From the NCBI GenBank assembly GCA_036489595.1, contig DASXFL010000067.1, positions 1 through 61,117 of the forward strand: a stretch of 61,117 bases of DNA, in the 5' to 3' direction. Each line of letters starts with the position of its first letter. Position 1 is the stretch's first letter. The DNA comes from Solirubrobacterales bacterium (lineage in GTDB: Bacteria > Actinomycetota > Thermoleophilia > Solirubrobacterales > 70-9). Positions 48,398 through 57,027 of the stretch are shown here, in pieces. The translations under genes and the position numbers were made by a program. The notes below the pieces were generated by a model. That model saw only the letters and a list, made by a program, of their open reading frames with translations, did not search any database and was not told the DNA's origin.

Positions 48398-49647
48398 GCC
48401 GGCCTCTGACCGTCACCGGCGCCGTCCGCGACGGCGAGCAGGTGGCTCTGCGCTGCGTCGAGGGGAAGATCGAGGCGATCGGGCCCGAGGTCGCGGCCGA
48501 GCCCGGCGACGAGGCGATCGATGCCCGCGGCTTGCTGCTCTCGCCGCCGCTGGTCAACGGCCACACCCACGCCGCGATGACCCTCTTCCGCGGCTCCGGC
48601 GGCGACCTGCCGCTGATGCCGTGGCTGCAGGAGCGGATCTGGCCGGTCGAGGCGAAGCTCGAGCCCGAGGACGTCTACTGGGGCGCCCGACTCGCCTGCG
48701 CCGAGATGATCCGCTCCGGGACCACCCGCTTCTGGGACATGTACTGGCACCCTGAGCAGACGGCGCGGGCGGTCGCCGACGCCGGGCTGCGGGCGACCAT
48801 CGGGGCACCGCTGTTCGACGCGGGCGGCGAGGGCGAGGCGATGCGCGAGTCGGCGCTCGCCAGCCTCGAGCACCTCGGCGGGCTCGGGCCAGCGATCTCG
48901 CCGGCGCTGGCCCCGCACGCGATCTACACGGTCAGCGAAGGCTTCCTGCGCTGGATCGCCGAGCTCGCCGCCGAGCGCGGGGTGCCGATCCAGATCCACC
49001 TCTCGGAGACGAGCCAGGAGGTCCAGGACTGCGTCGCCGAGCACGGCGAGAGGCCCGCCGCCTACCTCGACCGGCTCGGGTTCCTTGGCGAGCGCACCGT
49101 GCTCGCCCACGGGGTCTGGCTCGACCCGGCCGAGCTCGAGCTGATCGCCGCCCGCAACGCCACCGTCGTCACCAACCCGGCGGCGAACATGAAGCTGGCG
49201 GTCGGCGGCGTCTTCCCCTATCCGGCAGCGCAGGCGGCCGGGGTCGCGGTCGGCCTCGGCAGCGACGGCGCCGGCTCCAACGACTCGCTCGACCTGCTCG
49301 CCGACCTGAAGCTGTTCGCGCTGGCCCAGAAGCACGCCGCCGCCGACCCGGCAGCGATCGCCGCCGAAGATGCCTGGGCGGTCGCCACCGGCGCCCGCGC
49401 ACCGCTCCTCGGCGCCCCCGCCGATCCCCTCTCCCCCGGCGCCGACGCCGACTTCCTGCTGCTGCGCGGCAGCGACCCGGAGCTGGCGGTCGGCGAGCTC
49501 GCCTCGAACCTCGTCTACGCCGCCGCCGGCGCCGCCGTCGACACCACCGTCGTCGCCGGCCGCGTGCTGATGCGCGGCCGCGAGCTGCCGGGGCTCGAGG
49601 AGATCATCGCCCGCGCCGGCGAGCGCGCCCAGCGCCTCGGCCTCTAG
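48394..49647 (+). CDS. mtaD: Amidohydrolase, 5-methylthioadenosine/S-adenosylhomocysteine deaminase-like
   Basis: GTGA overlap with the upstream gene. 'LLSPPLVNGHTHAAMTLFRG', 'IHLSETSQEV', 'VLAHGVWL', 'GLGSDGAGSNDSLDL'. Confidence 0.8.
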   Translation: MSRPLTVTGAVRDGEQVALRCVEGKIEAIGPEVAAEPGDEAIDARGLLLSPPLVNGHTHAAMTLFRGSGGDLPLMPWLQERIWPVEAKLEPEDVYWGARLACAEMIRSGTTRFWDMYWHPEQTARAVADAGLRATIGAPLFDAGGEGEAMRESALASLEHLGGLGPAISPALAPHAIYTVSEGFLRWIAELAAERGVPIQIHLSETSQEVQDCVAEHGERPAAYLDRLGFLGERTVLAHGVWLDPAELELIAARNATVVTNPAANMKLAVGGVFPYPAAQAAGVAVGLGSDGAGSNDSLDLLADLKLFALAQKHAAADPAAIAAEDAWAVATGARAPLLGAPADPLSPGADADFLLLRGSDPELAVGELASNLVYAAAGAAVDTTVVAGRVLMRGRELPGLEEIIARAGERAQRLGL

Positions 49648-49668
49648 CCTAGAGCGGGCGGCAAACTG

Positions 49669-49685
49669 ATACCCCCTGGGGGTAT
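49669..49685. promoter_or_regulatory. CsoR-type operator candidate
   Basis: The perfect 17-bp palindrome ATACCCCC-T-GGGGGTAT ends 16 nt before the csoR start and overlaps a TATATGAT -10-like box. Confidence 0.6.
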
Positions 49686-49701
49686 ATGATACGGTGATCG
49701 C

Positions 49702-49974
49702 ATGGTCGGATACAGCGGTGACAAGGAGCGGTTGCAGAAGCGGCTGTCGCGGATCGAGGGACAGGTCCGCGGCGTCTCGAAGATGGTCGAGGAGGAGCGG
49801 TACTGCATTGACGTGCTGACCCAGATCGGCGCCATCCAGGCCGCCCTCGACAAGGTCGCCCTCGGCTTGATCGACGACCACACCCGCCACTGCGTGGTCG
49901 ACGCCGCCGCCGGCGAGCGGGTCGAGAAGGTCGACGAGCTGATGGCGGCGCTGGGCCGCTTCGTCTCCCGCTAG
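49702..49974 (+). CDS. csoR: CsoR/RcnR-family metal-sensing repressor (C-H-C ligand set)
   Basis: 'RLSRIEGQVRGVSKMVEEERYCIDVLTQIGAIQAAL...DDHTRHC'. Confidence 0.85.
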   Translation: MVGYSGDKERLQKRLSRIEGQVRGVSKMVEEERYCIDVLTQIGAIQAALDKVALGLIDDHTRHCVVDAAAGERVEKVDELMAALGRFVSR

Positions 49975-49979
49975 GCCCG

Positions 49980-51149
49980 ATGGCCGAGGTCCTCGCCAAG
50001 CTCTGGGAAGGCCTCGAAGGGTCGCTGCTGATGGCGTATGAGGTCTGGTGGGCGCTGGTCCTCGGCTTCGCGATCTCCGGCGCCGTCCAGGCCTGGGTTC
50101 CTCGCGCCCGGATCGAAGCCGCCCTTGCCGGCTCCGGCCCGCAGCCGCTGGCGATGGCGACCGGGCTCGGCGCCGCCTCCTCCTCCTGCTCCTACGCGGC
50201 GATCGCGATCGCCAAGTCGCTGTTCCAGAAGGGCGCCTCCGCGGCTACCGCGCTCGCCTTCCAGTTCGCCTCGACCAACCTGGTCTGGGAGCTCGGGCTG
50301 GTGCTGTGGGTCCTGCTCGGCTGGCAGTTCACCCTCGCCGAGTACCTCGGCGGCATCCTCCTGATCGTCCTCATGGCGCTGCTGCTGCGGCGCTTCGTCT
50401 CGCCACGGCTGGAGGAGCAGGCACGCGAGCACGCCCGCGCCGCCCAGGCCGGCCACGTCCACGACCACGGCGGCGGCGGGCTCGGGGGCTGGCGCGAGCG
50501 ACTCTCCTCGCGCGCCGCCTGGACCGAGGTCGGGGCCAACTTCCGCGCCGACTGGTCGATGCTCTGGAAGGAGATCTGCCTCGGCTTCCTGCTCGCCGGC
50601 TTCATCGCCCTGCTCGGCGACGACTTCTTCAACGGCCTCTTCATCACCGGCGCGCCGCCGCTCCTGCAGACGCTCGAGAACGTCGTCGCCGGCCCTGTGA
50701 TCGCGATCCTCAGCTTCGTCTGCTCGGTCGGCAACGTGCCGTTGGCGGCGGTGCTGTGGTCGGGCGGGATCAGCTTCGCCGGCGTCGTCGCCTTCATCTT
50801 CGCCGACCTCGTGGTGCTGCCGATCGTGCTTGCCTACCGCAAGTACTACGGCACCGCCTTCGCGCTGCGGATCACCGCCCTGATGCTGGTGACGATCGTC
50901 CTCGCGGCGCTCGCCGTCGACGGACTCTTCAGCCTCCTCGGCCTGATTCCCGAGGGCCCGCGCCCGACCCGCGACGACGTCTTCGGCACCGTCGCCGTCA
51001 ACTACAAGCTCTTCCTCAACCTCGCAGCAACCGCTGTCTTCGCCGCGCTCGTCTGGCTCGGCCGCGACCGCGCCGGCGCCCACGGCAGCGAGCACCATTC
51101 GGGGACCCGCGGGTACCCGATGCCTGACCACGGCCCCCACGGGGTATAG
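49980..51149 (+). CDS. COG0701/DUF318-type permease, candidate metal efflux transporter
   Basis: A polytopic protein with a central 'AGHVHDHGGGG' loop and a His-rich C-terminus 'HGSEHHSGTRGYPMPDHGPHG'. It starts 5 nt after csoR. Confidence 0.7.
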   Translation: MAEVLAKLWEGLEGSLLMAYEVWWALVLGFAISGAVQAWVPRARIEAALAGSGPQPLAMATGLGAASSSCSYAAIAIAKSLFQKGASAATALAFQFASTNLVWELGLVLWVLLGWQFTLAEYLGGILLIVLMALLLRRFVSPRLEEQAREHARAAQAGHVHDHGGGGLGGWRERLSSRAAWTEVGANFRADWSMLWKEICLGFLLAGFIALLGDDFFNGLFITGAPPLLQTLENVVAGPVIAILSFVCSVGNVPLAAVLWSGGISFAGVVAFIFADLVVLPIVLAYRKYYGTAFALRITALMLVTIVLAALAVDGLFSLLGLIPEGPRPTRDDVFGTVAVNYKLFLNLAATAVFAALVWLGRDRAGAHGSEHHSGTRGYPMPDHGPHGV

Positions 51150-51161
51150 GCTCGGGCGCAC

Positions 51162-52367
51162 GTGCCGACGGGAGATGCCGCCCCCGACAGCCATCGTCAG
51201 TCCCGCGCCGGAGCCTCGTCCGTCTCCTACGAGAGTGCGACGAAACGCTACGACGGCGCGACCGAGCCCGCCGTCGACGGGCTGACGCTCGAGGTGCCGG
51301 CGGGCGAGATCTGCGTCCTCGTCGGGCCCTCCGGTTGCGGCAAGACGACGGCAATGCGGATGGTCAACCGGATGGTCGAGATGACCTCCGGCGAGATCAA
51401 GATCGGCGACCGCTCGGTCCACGACAGCGACCCGGCGAAGCTGCGGCGCGAGATCGGCTACGTGATCCAGCAGGTCGGCCTCTTCCCGCACCGGACGATC
51501 GCCCAGAACATCGCCACCGTGCCCTCGATGCTGGGCTGGCCGAAGCGGAAAGCCACGGCCCGCACCGAGGAGCTGATGGAGCTGATCGGGCTCGACCTTG
51601 GTCTCGCCGACCGCTTCCCGGCGCAGCTCTCCGGCGGGCAGCAGCAGCGGGTCGGGGTTGCCCGGGCGCTCGCCGTCGACCCGCCGGTGATGCTGATGGA
51701 CGAGCCCTTCGGCGCGATCGACCCGATCAACCGCGAGCGCCTCCAGAACGAGTTCCTCCGCCTGCAGGCGGAAATCCGCAAGACGATCCTCTTCGTAACC
51801 CACGACATCGACGAGGCGATCAAGATGGGGGACCGGATCGCGGTGATGCGCGAGCACGGCCGGGTCGAGCAGTACGCGACCCCGGCCGAGCTGTTGATGG
51901 CGCCGGCGACCGAGTTCGTCGAGGACTTCGTCGGCGCCGACCGGGCGCTGAAGCGGCTGGCGCTGATGCGGGTCCGTGACATCAACCTCTGGGAGGCGCC
52001 GCTCGCCACCCCCGGCCAGCCGACCGGCGAGGTGAAATCGAAGCTCTACGCGCCCGAGGTCGAAGTCCGCTACCCGCTGCTGGTCGACGCCGCCGGCCGG
52101 CCGCAGGGCTGGCTCACCGAGCGCGACCTGCGCGGCGAGACCATCCCCACGCGCGCCGACACGCCGCTCGGCCCGGTGCTCGAACTCGACGACGTGATGC
52201 GCGATGCCCTCGCCGACCTGCTCCAGGCCGGCGTCCAGTACGCCGCGGTGGTCGACCGCTCGGGCTCGATCGCCGGGATCCTCTCGGTCGAGATCATCTC
52301 CGAGTTCCTTGCCTCGCCAGACGCCAAGACCGACGAGCACGGCGTCGTGGATCGGCCAAGCCCGTGA
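51162..52367 (+). CDS. opuCA: Glycine betaine/choline-type ABC transporter ATPase with C-terminal CBS pair
   Basis: 'GPSGCGKTT', 'LSGGQQQRVGVARAL', 'MLMDEPFGAIDP', and a CBS-like tail 'VDRSGSIAGILSVEIISEFL'. Confidence 0.9.
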   Translation: MPTGDAAPDSHRQSRAGASSVSYESATKRYDGATEPAVDGLTLEVPAGEICVLVGPSGCGKTTAMRMVNRMVEMTSGEIKIGDRSVHDSDPAKLRREIGYVIQQVGLFPHRTIAQNIATVPSMLGWPKRKATARTEELMELIGLDLGLADRFPAQLSGGQQQRVGVARALAVDPPVMLMDEPFGAIDPINRERLQNEFLRLQAEIRKTILFVTHDIDEAIKMGDRIAVMREHGRVEQYATPAELLMAPATEFVEDFVGADRALKRLALMRVRDINLWEAPLATPGQPTGEVKSKLYAPEVEVRYPLLVDAAGRPQGWLTERDLRGETIPTRADTPLGPVLELDDVMRDALADLLQAGVQYAAVVDRSGSIAGILSVEIISEFLASPDAKTDEHGVVDRPSP

Positions 52368-53130
52368 GCCCGCTGGGAGCTCTGGCGGGTCAGGTCCACC
52401 CCTCGCTGGCGGCAGTCGGCGAAGTCGGTGAAGGGTTCTTCAAAGAACGGACCGAAGCGAACAAGCCCTGTCAACAGAGCGAAAGCCACCTCTTCTGCTG
52501 GAACTGGGCGACCGAAAACATCAACCGCTATGGGACCCCAGCCCTGCAGCAGATCGAGCTGGTGGTGATCTCGGTTATCGCCGGCTTCCTGATCGCTTTC
52601 GCCTTCGCGATCCTCGGCCACCGGCTGCGCTGGTTGCGGCCGCCGCTCCTGGCCGGCACCGGGATCCTCTTCGCGATCCCCAGCATCGCCTTCTTCCTGC
52701 TGCTGCTGCCGATCACGGGCCGCGGCAAAGAGACGGCGATCATCGCCCTCACCGCCTACACGCTGCAGTCATCTACCGCAACGTCGTCCTCGGACTCGAC
52801 AACGTGCCGGCTTCGACCAAAGACGCCGCCAGCGGCATGGGCCTGACCCGGCGGCAGGTCCTCTGGAAGGTCGAGGTGCCGATGGCGGTGCCGGAGATCA
52901 TCGCCGGGCTGCGGGTGGCGACGGTCAGCACGGTGGCGATCGCCACCCTTGCCGTCTTCGCCCACGGCGGCGGGCTCGGCACCCAGATTCTCGGCGAAGC
53001 GAACCTCAAATTCCCCACCACGATCGTGATCTCCGGCGCGATCGTGATTGCGATGGCGCTCTGCTTCGACGCCATCCTGCTCTTGATCCAGCGGCTGCTG
53101 ACGCCGTGGCGGCGGGTGAGGGTCGTATGA
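52364..53130 (+). pseudogene. opuCB: OpuCB-like ABC permease interrupted by an apparent 1-nt deletion near 52763-52767
   Basis: The first frame reads '...GKETAIIALTAYTLQ' and then nonsense to a stop at 52846. The second frame resumes 'AVIYRNVVLGLDNVPASTKDAASGMGLTRRQVLWKVEVPMAVPEIIAGLR...', which is the canonical continuation. Confidence 0.6.
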
Positions 53131-53858
53131 GCCTGCTCGCCTCGCTCCTGCCCTCGGCCGCCTACTCCTTCGGCGGCGCGTTCGAATTCATCTTCAGCGA
53201 ACAGACCTCGAACGTCACCGGCGGCCACAAGGTCGGCGGCATCGACCAGGTGCTGGAACTCGCCGCCACCCAGATCGAAGTCTCGATCCTGGCGCTGCTC
53301 CTGGCGATGCTGATCGCGCTCCCGGTCGGCCTCTACTTCGGCCACCGCGGCAGCGGCGAGCTTGTCGCGGTGGGAATCGGCAACGCCGGCCGCGCGATCC
53401 CCGAGCTGGCGGCAATTGCGCTGGTGGCGCTGGTCATCGGGGTCGGTACCGGAACCCTCGTCCTCGTCCTCGCCGTGCTCGGGATCCCACCGATCCTGAC
53501 CAACGCCTTCGTCGGCGTCCGCCAGGTCGACCGGGCCAGCGTCGACGCCGCCCGCGGCGCCGGCATGACCGGCTTCGAAGTGCTGCGCAAGGTCGAGCTG
53601 CCGCTGGCGGTGCCGAGCATCATGCAGGGCATCCGCGGCGGCTCAGTCAACATCGTCGCCACGGCTTCGATCGCGCCGCTGGTCGGCGTCGCCACCCTCG
53701 GCGAATTCATCCTCGGCGAAAACGTCTACGGCGCCAACGGCGTGCTTGCGGGCGCGATCTGCGTCGCGATCCTCGCCCTGATCTTCGAGTTCGGTCTGGC
53801 CGCCCTGCAGAAGCGCCTGACGTCCAAGGGCCTGAAGCTGCAGCAGGCGAGCGCATGA
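53127..53858 (+). CDS. opuCD: OpuCD-like ABC permease
   Basis: ATGA overlap with the upstream gene. 'ILTNAFVGVRQVDRASVDAARGAGMTGFEVLRKVELPLAVPSIMQGIR'. Confidence 0.85.
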   Translation: MSLLASLLPSAAYSFGGAFEFIFSEQTSNVTGGHKVGGIDQVLELAATQIEVSILALLLAMLIALPVGLYFGHRGSGELVAVGIGNAGRAIPELAAIALVALVIGVGTGTLVLVLAVLGIPPILTNAFVGVRQVDRASVDAARGAGMTGFEVLRKVELPLAVPSIMQGIRGGSVNIVATASIAPLVGVATLGEFILGENVYGANGVLAGAICVAILALIFEFGLAALQKRLTSKGLKLQQASA

Positions 53859-53901
53859 CCTTGACCACCCCCTTGTCCAAGAGAAAAGAGGAGGCACCAC
53901 A

Positions 53902-54945
53902 GTGAGGTTCCACATGACGAGGCCGTTGACCGCGCTCGCGATGTTGGTGGCAGCGCTCGCCCTGGCGGTGGGTTTCTCCGCCTGCGGCGGCGGTGGCAGC
54001 TCCAGCAGCAGCCCCGAAGAAAGCGCAACCACCGAAGAAGCCACCACCGGCGAAGAAGGCGAAGGCGAAGAAGAAGTCGCCGGCGGCGAAGCAATCAAGG
54101 CCAATCCGGCCAACGCCAAGGTCCACCTGACGATCGGCTCGAAGAACTTCCCCGAACAGGAAATCCTCGGGGAAATCTACGCGCAGGCGCTGGGCGCGGC
54201 CGGCTATAAGGTGAAGAGCGACCTCAGCCTCGGTTCCGAAACCGTCGCCCTCAAGGCGGTCGAATCGGGGGCGGTATCCGGCTACCCGGAGTACGCCTCG
54301 ACGGCGCTGACCTCGTTCTTCGGGCTGGAACCTGAAGAAGTGCCCTCCGACGCCACCGAAGCGTGGGAAAAAGCGAACGCTGAATTCCAGAAAAAGGGGC
54401 TGGAGGCGTTCGAACCGACTCCCTTCGCCAGCGCCAACGCGGTCGGGCTGCTCAAATCGACGGCCGAAAAATACGGACTCAAGAACGTCTCCGACCTCGA
54501 AGGCATCTCCGAAAAGCTGACCCTCTACGGGTCGCCCGAGTGCCGTGAGCGGATCGACTGCCTGGCCGGGCTGGAAAAACTGTACGGGCTGAAGTTCAAG
54601 CAGTTCAAGCCCGTCGACATCAGCCTCCGCTACAAGGTGCTCGAAAACCACCAAGCGGACCTCTCGATCCTGTTCACCACCGACCCGCAGCTGTCGGCGG
54701 AAAAGAACAAGTTCGTGATCCTCGAAGACGACAAGCACGTCTTCCCGGCCGGCAACGTCATCTTCGTGACGAAGAAATCGACTGCCGAAAAAGCCGGCCC
54801 CGACTACGAAAAGACGATCCTGGACGTCCAGAAGGGGCTGACGCTCCCGGTCATGCAGGAGCTCGACGCGCGGGTCGAACTCGAAAAACAGACCCCGAAG
54901 GAAGCGGCCGCCGCCTACCTCGAAGCGGCCGGTTACGTCGAATAG
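53902..54945 (+). CDS. opuCC: Glycine betaine/choline-binding lipoprotein (OpuCC-like)
   Basis: GAGGAGG lies 7 nt before the GTG. Lipobox 'AVGFSAC', followed by a Ser/Glu linker. 'IGSKNFPEQEILGEIYAQAL', 'LEDDKHVFPAGNVIFV'. Confidence 0.85.
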   Translation: MRFHMTRPLTALAMLVAALALAVGFSACGGGGSSSSSPEESATTEEATTGEEGEGEEEVAGGEAIKANPANAKVHLTIGSKNFPEQEILGEIYAQALGAAGYKVKSDLSLGSETVALKAVESGAVSGYPEYASTALTSFFGLEPEEVPSDATEAWEKANAEFQKKGLEAFEPTPFASANAVGLLKSTAEKYGLKNVSDLEGISEKLTLYGSPECRERIDCLAGLEKLYGLKFKQFKPVDISLRYKVLENHQADLSILFTTDPQLSAEKNKFVILEDDKHVFPAGNVIFVTKKSTAEKAGPDYEKTILDVQKGLTLPVMQELDARVELEKQTPKEAAAAYLEAAGYVE

Positions 54946-54988
54946 CCGCCGGAGCCGCCGGGCGGGTCGGTCACGAAGGCCGACCCGC

Positions 54989-56236
54989 CTACGCCGCGAC
55001 GGCCGGGGCGCCCTGCGCTTCGGCCGTCCGCGCGCGCAGGCGGGCGAAGCTGGCCCGCGCCGCCCAGGCGGCGCTGAGGCCGGAGACGCCAGCGAGGACC
55101 AGGGCCACGCGCGGGTCGTACGCTTCGGAGAGCCAGCCGGTGAGCGGGCCGCCGATCGGCGTCGAGCCGAGGAAGACGACCGAGTAGAGGGCCATCACTC
55201 GGCCGCGCATCTCCGGCGAGACCGTCAGCTGCAGGGTCGAGTTGATCGAAGCCGCGAAGGTGACCGAGGCGGCGCCGAGCACCCCCAGCACGATCAGCTC
55301 GAAGGCCAGATGGGGAGCGGCGGCGGCAAGCAGGGAGGCGACGCCGAAGGCGAGCGCGCCGGCGGCGATCAGCCGCGGGCCCGTCCTGCCGTGGGAGCCG
55401 TTGACGAGGGCGCCGACGATCGAGCCGACCGCCATCGCCGAGACCATCGCCGCGTAGGTGCCAGCGCCGCCGCCGAAGCTGAACTTGGCGAGCAGCGGCA
55501 GGATCACCTGGAAGTTGTAGCCGAGGGTTCCGACCAGGGCTAGCAGCGCCAGCGGCACTGCCAGCTCCGGGGTGCGGAGGACGTAGCGGAGGCCGGCGCG
55601 GATGGCGCCGGGTGCGCGCGGCGCCACCGGCTCGGTGTGGAGGCGCTCCGGGTCCATCCCCCAGAGGGCGACGATCATCGCGACGAAGGTAAGCGCGTTG
55701 ATGGCGAAGCAGGGGACGACGCCGAAGGCGGCGATCATGATCCCGGCCACGGCCGGGCCGACGATCCGCGCCATCTGCACGATGACGCTGTTGAGGCTGA
55801 CCGCGTTGACGACCTTGTCGGGGCCGACCATCTCGACTACGAAGCTCTGCCGGGTTGGGTTGTCGACGGCGTTGACGGTCCCCATCAGGAAGACCGCCGC
55901 CATCACCATCCAGGCTTCGGCGACGCCGGCCGCGGTGACCGCGAAGAGGGCGACGGCGGGGATCGCCATCAGCGCCTGGGTCGCCAGCAGCAGCCGCCGC
56001 TTCGGGATCCGGTCGGCAAGCAGGCCGCCCCAGGCGCCGATCAGCAGCATCGGCAGGAACTGCACGGCGGTGGTGAGGCCGACGAGGAGGCCGGAGCCGG
56101 TCAGGCTGAGGACCAGCCAAAGCGCGGCGACCGTCTGCATCCAGGTCCCCGACAGCGAGATCAGCTGGCCGGTGAAGTAGCGGCGGTAGTTGGGGATCGA
56201 GAGAGAGGTGAAGGAGCGACGGACGTGGCGACTCAA
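54989..56236 (-). CDS. MFS transporter (12-TM, EntS/MFS_3-like)
   Basis: 'IPNYRRYFTGQLISLSGTWMQTVAALWLV', 'GGLLADRIPKRRLL'. It overlaps the upstream marR stop. Confidence 0.85.
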   Translation of the reverse strand: MSRHVRRSFTSLSIPNYRRYFTGQLISLSGTWMQTVAALWLVLSLTGSGLLVGLTTAVQFLPMLLIGAWGGLLADRIPKRRLLLATQALMAIPAVALFAVTAAGVAEAWMVMAAVFLMGTVNAVDNPTRQSFVVEMVGPDKVVNAVSLNSVIVQMARIVGPAVAGIMIAAFGVVPCFAINALTFVAMIVALWGMDPERLHTEPVAPRAPGAIRAGLRYVLRTPELAVPLALLALVGTLGYNFQVILPLLAKFSFGGGAGTYAAMVSAMAVGSIVGALVNGSHGRTGPRLIAAGALAFGVASLLAAAAPHLAFELIVLGVLGAASVTFAASINSTLQLTVSPEMRGRVMALYSVVFLGSTPIGGPLTGWLSEAYDPRVALVLAGVSGLSAAWAARASFARLRARTAEAQGAPAVAA

Positions 56237-56694
56237 GCTTCGTCGCCCTCCCGCATCCGGTCGAGGATCGCGGCGGCGCGCTCGAGCGTCGCCAGATCCT
56301 CGGCGGGAAGCTTGCGCATGCGGCGGGCCAGGTAGGCGTTCTTGCGGCGCCGCAGCCGCCGCAACCGCTCGCGGCCCGCCGCGTTGACGCTGACCAGTGA
56401 GCTGCGGCCGTCGGCCGGGTCGGGCATCCGATCGATCAGCCCTTCCCGCTCCAGGCAGCCGAGGGTCCGGGTCATCGTCGGGCGCTTGACGCGCTCGATC
56501 TCGGCCACCTCGCTCGGGGTGAGCGGGCCGTGGTGCTCAATCGTCGCCAGCACCGCGACAGAGGTCGGGGTGAGGCCCGAGCTCTCCGCCGCCGCCTCTT
56601 GGCGCAGCCGCCTCGAGGTGCGGACGACCGCCATCCGCAGCTGCGCCGCCGCCTCCGCCAGCCGCTCCTCGTCGATGTTCGTCCTCTGCTGCAT
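56233..56694 (-). CDS. MarR-family transcriptional regulator
   Basis: 'LTPTSVAVLATIEHHGPLTPSEVAEIERVKRPTMTRTLGCLEREGLIDR'. Confidence 0.85.
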   Translation of the reverse strand: MQQRTNIDEERLAEAAAQLRMAVVRTSRRLRQEAAAESSGLTPTSVAVLATIEHHGPLTPSEVAEIERVKRPTMTRTLGCLEREGLIDRMPDPADGRSSLVSVNAAGRERLRRLRRRKNAYLARRMRKLPAEDLATLERAAAILDRMREGDEA

Positions 56695-56711
56695 TGATTA
56701 GCTCTGATAAT

Positions 56712-56726
56712 TAGTTTAGCAAACTA
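56712..56726. promoter_or_regulatory. Palindrome TAGTTT-AGC-AAACTA, candidate MarR operator
   Basis: AT-rich inverted repeat 18 nt upstream of the marR start, in the marR/MFS divergent region. Confidence 0.35.
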
Positions 56727-56828
56727 CTTTCCCTTGCGCCCGAAGTCACCCGTTCGTCGCTTGTTGTCGCATGGGCACCAAGCGACGAACGCGGTCGGCC
56801 GGCGACGGCGTTTCGTAGGATCAGGCAA

Positions 56829-57014
56829 GTGCCGTCCACCCCCTCCGCCGTCGACAGCCCGGGCTACCCCCGCAGCCTCGTCTCAGCTGGCCACGTCGAG
56901 CCGTCGCCGCGGCGCCTGCCCGGCGTCGTCGACCGCAGGACGATCCTCGACACCCGGCGAGCCCTCTACGTCTTGGAAAAGGCCGTGGACCGGCCGCGGA
57001 CCAAATTCTCGTGA
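56829..57014 (+). CDS. Possible small protein (61 aa) upstream of the DHA2 MFS gene
   Basis: By my reading, third-position G+C in this frame is about 90 percent, clearly higher than in the other forward frame. The TGA ends 13 nt before the MFS GTG. I recognised no homology, and the GTG start has no clear SD. Confidence 0.35.
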   Translation: MPSTPSAVDSPGYPRSLVSAGHVEPSPRRLPGVVDRRTILDTRRALYVLEKAVDRPRTKFS

Positions 57015-57027
57015 GAGGAGGCAGCCG

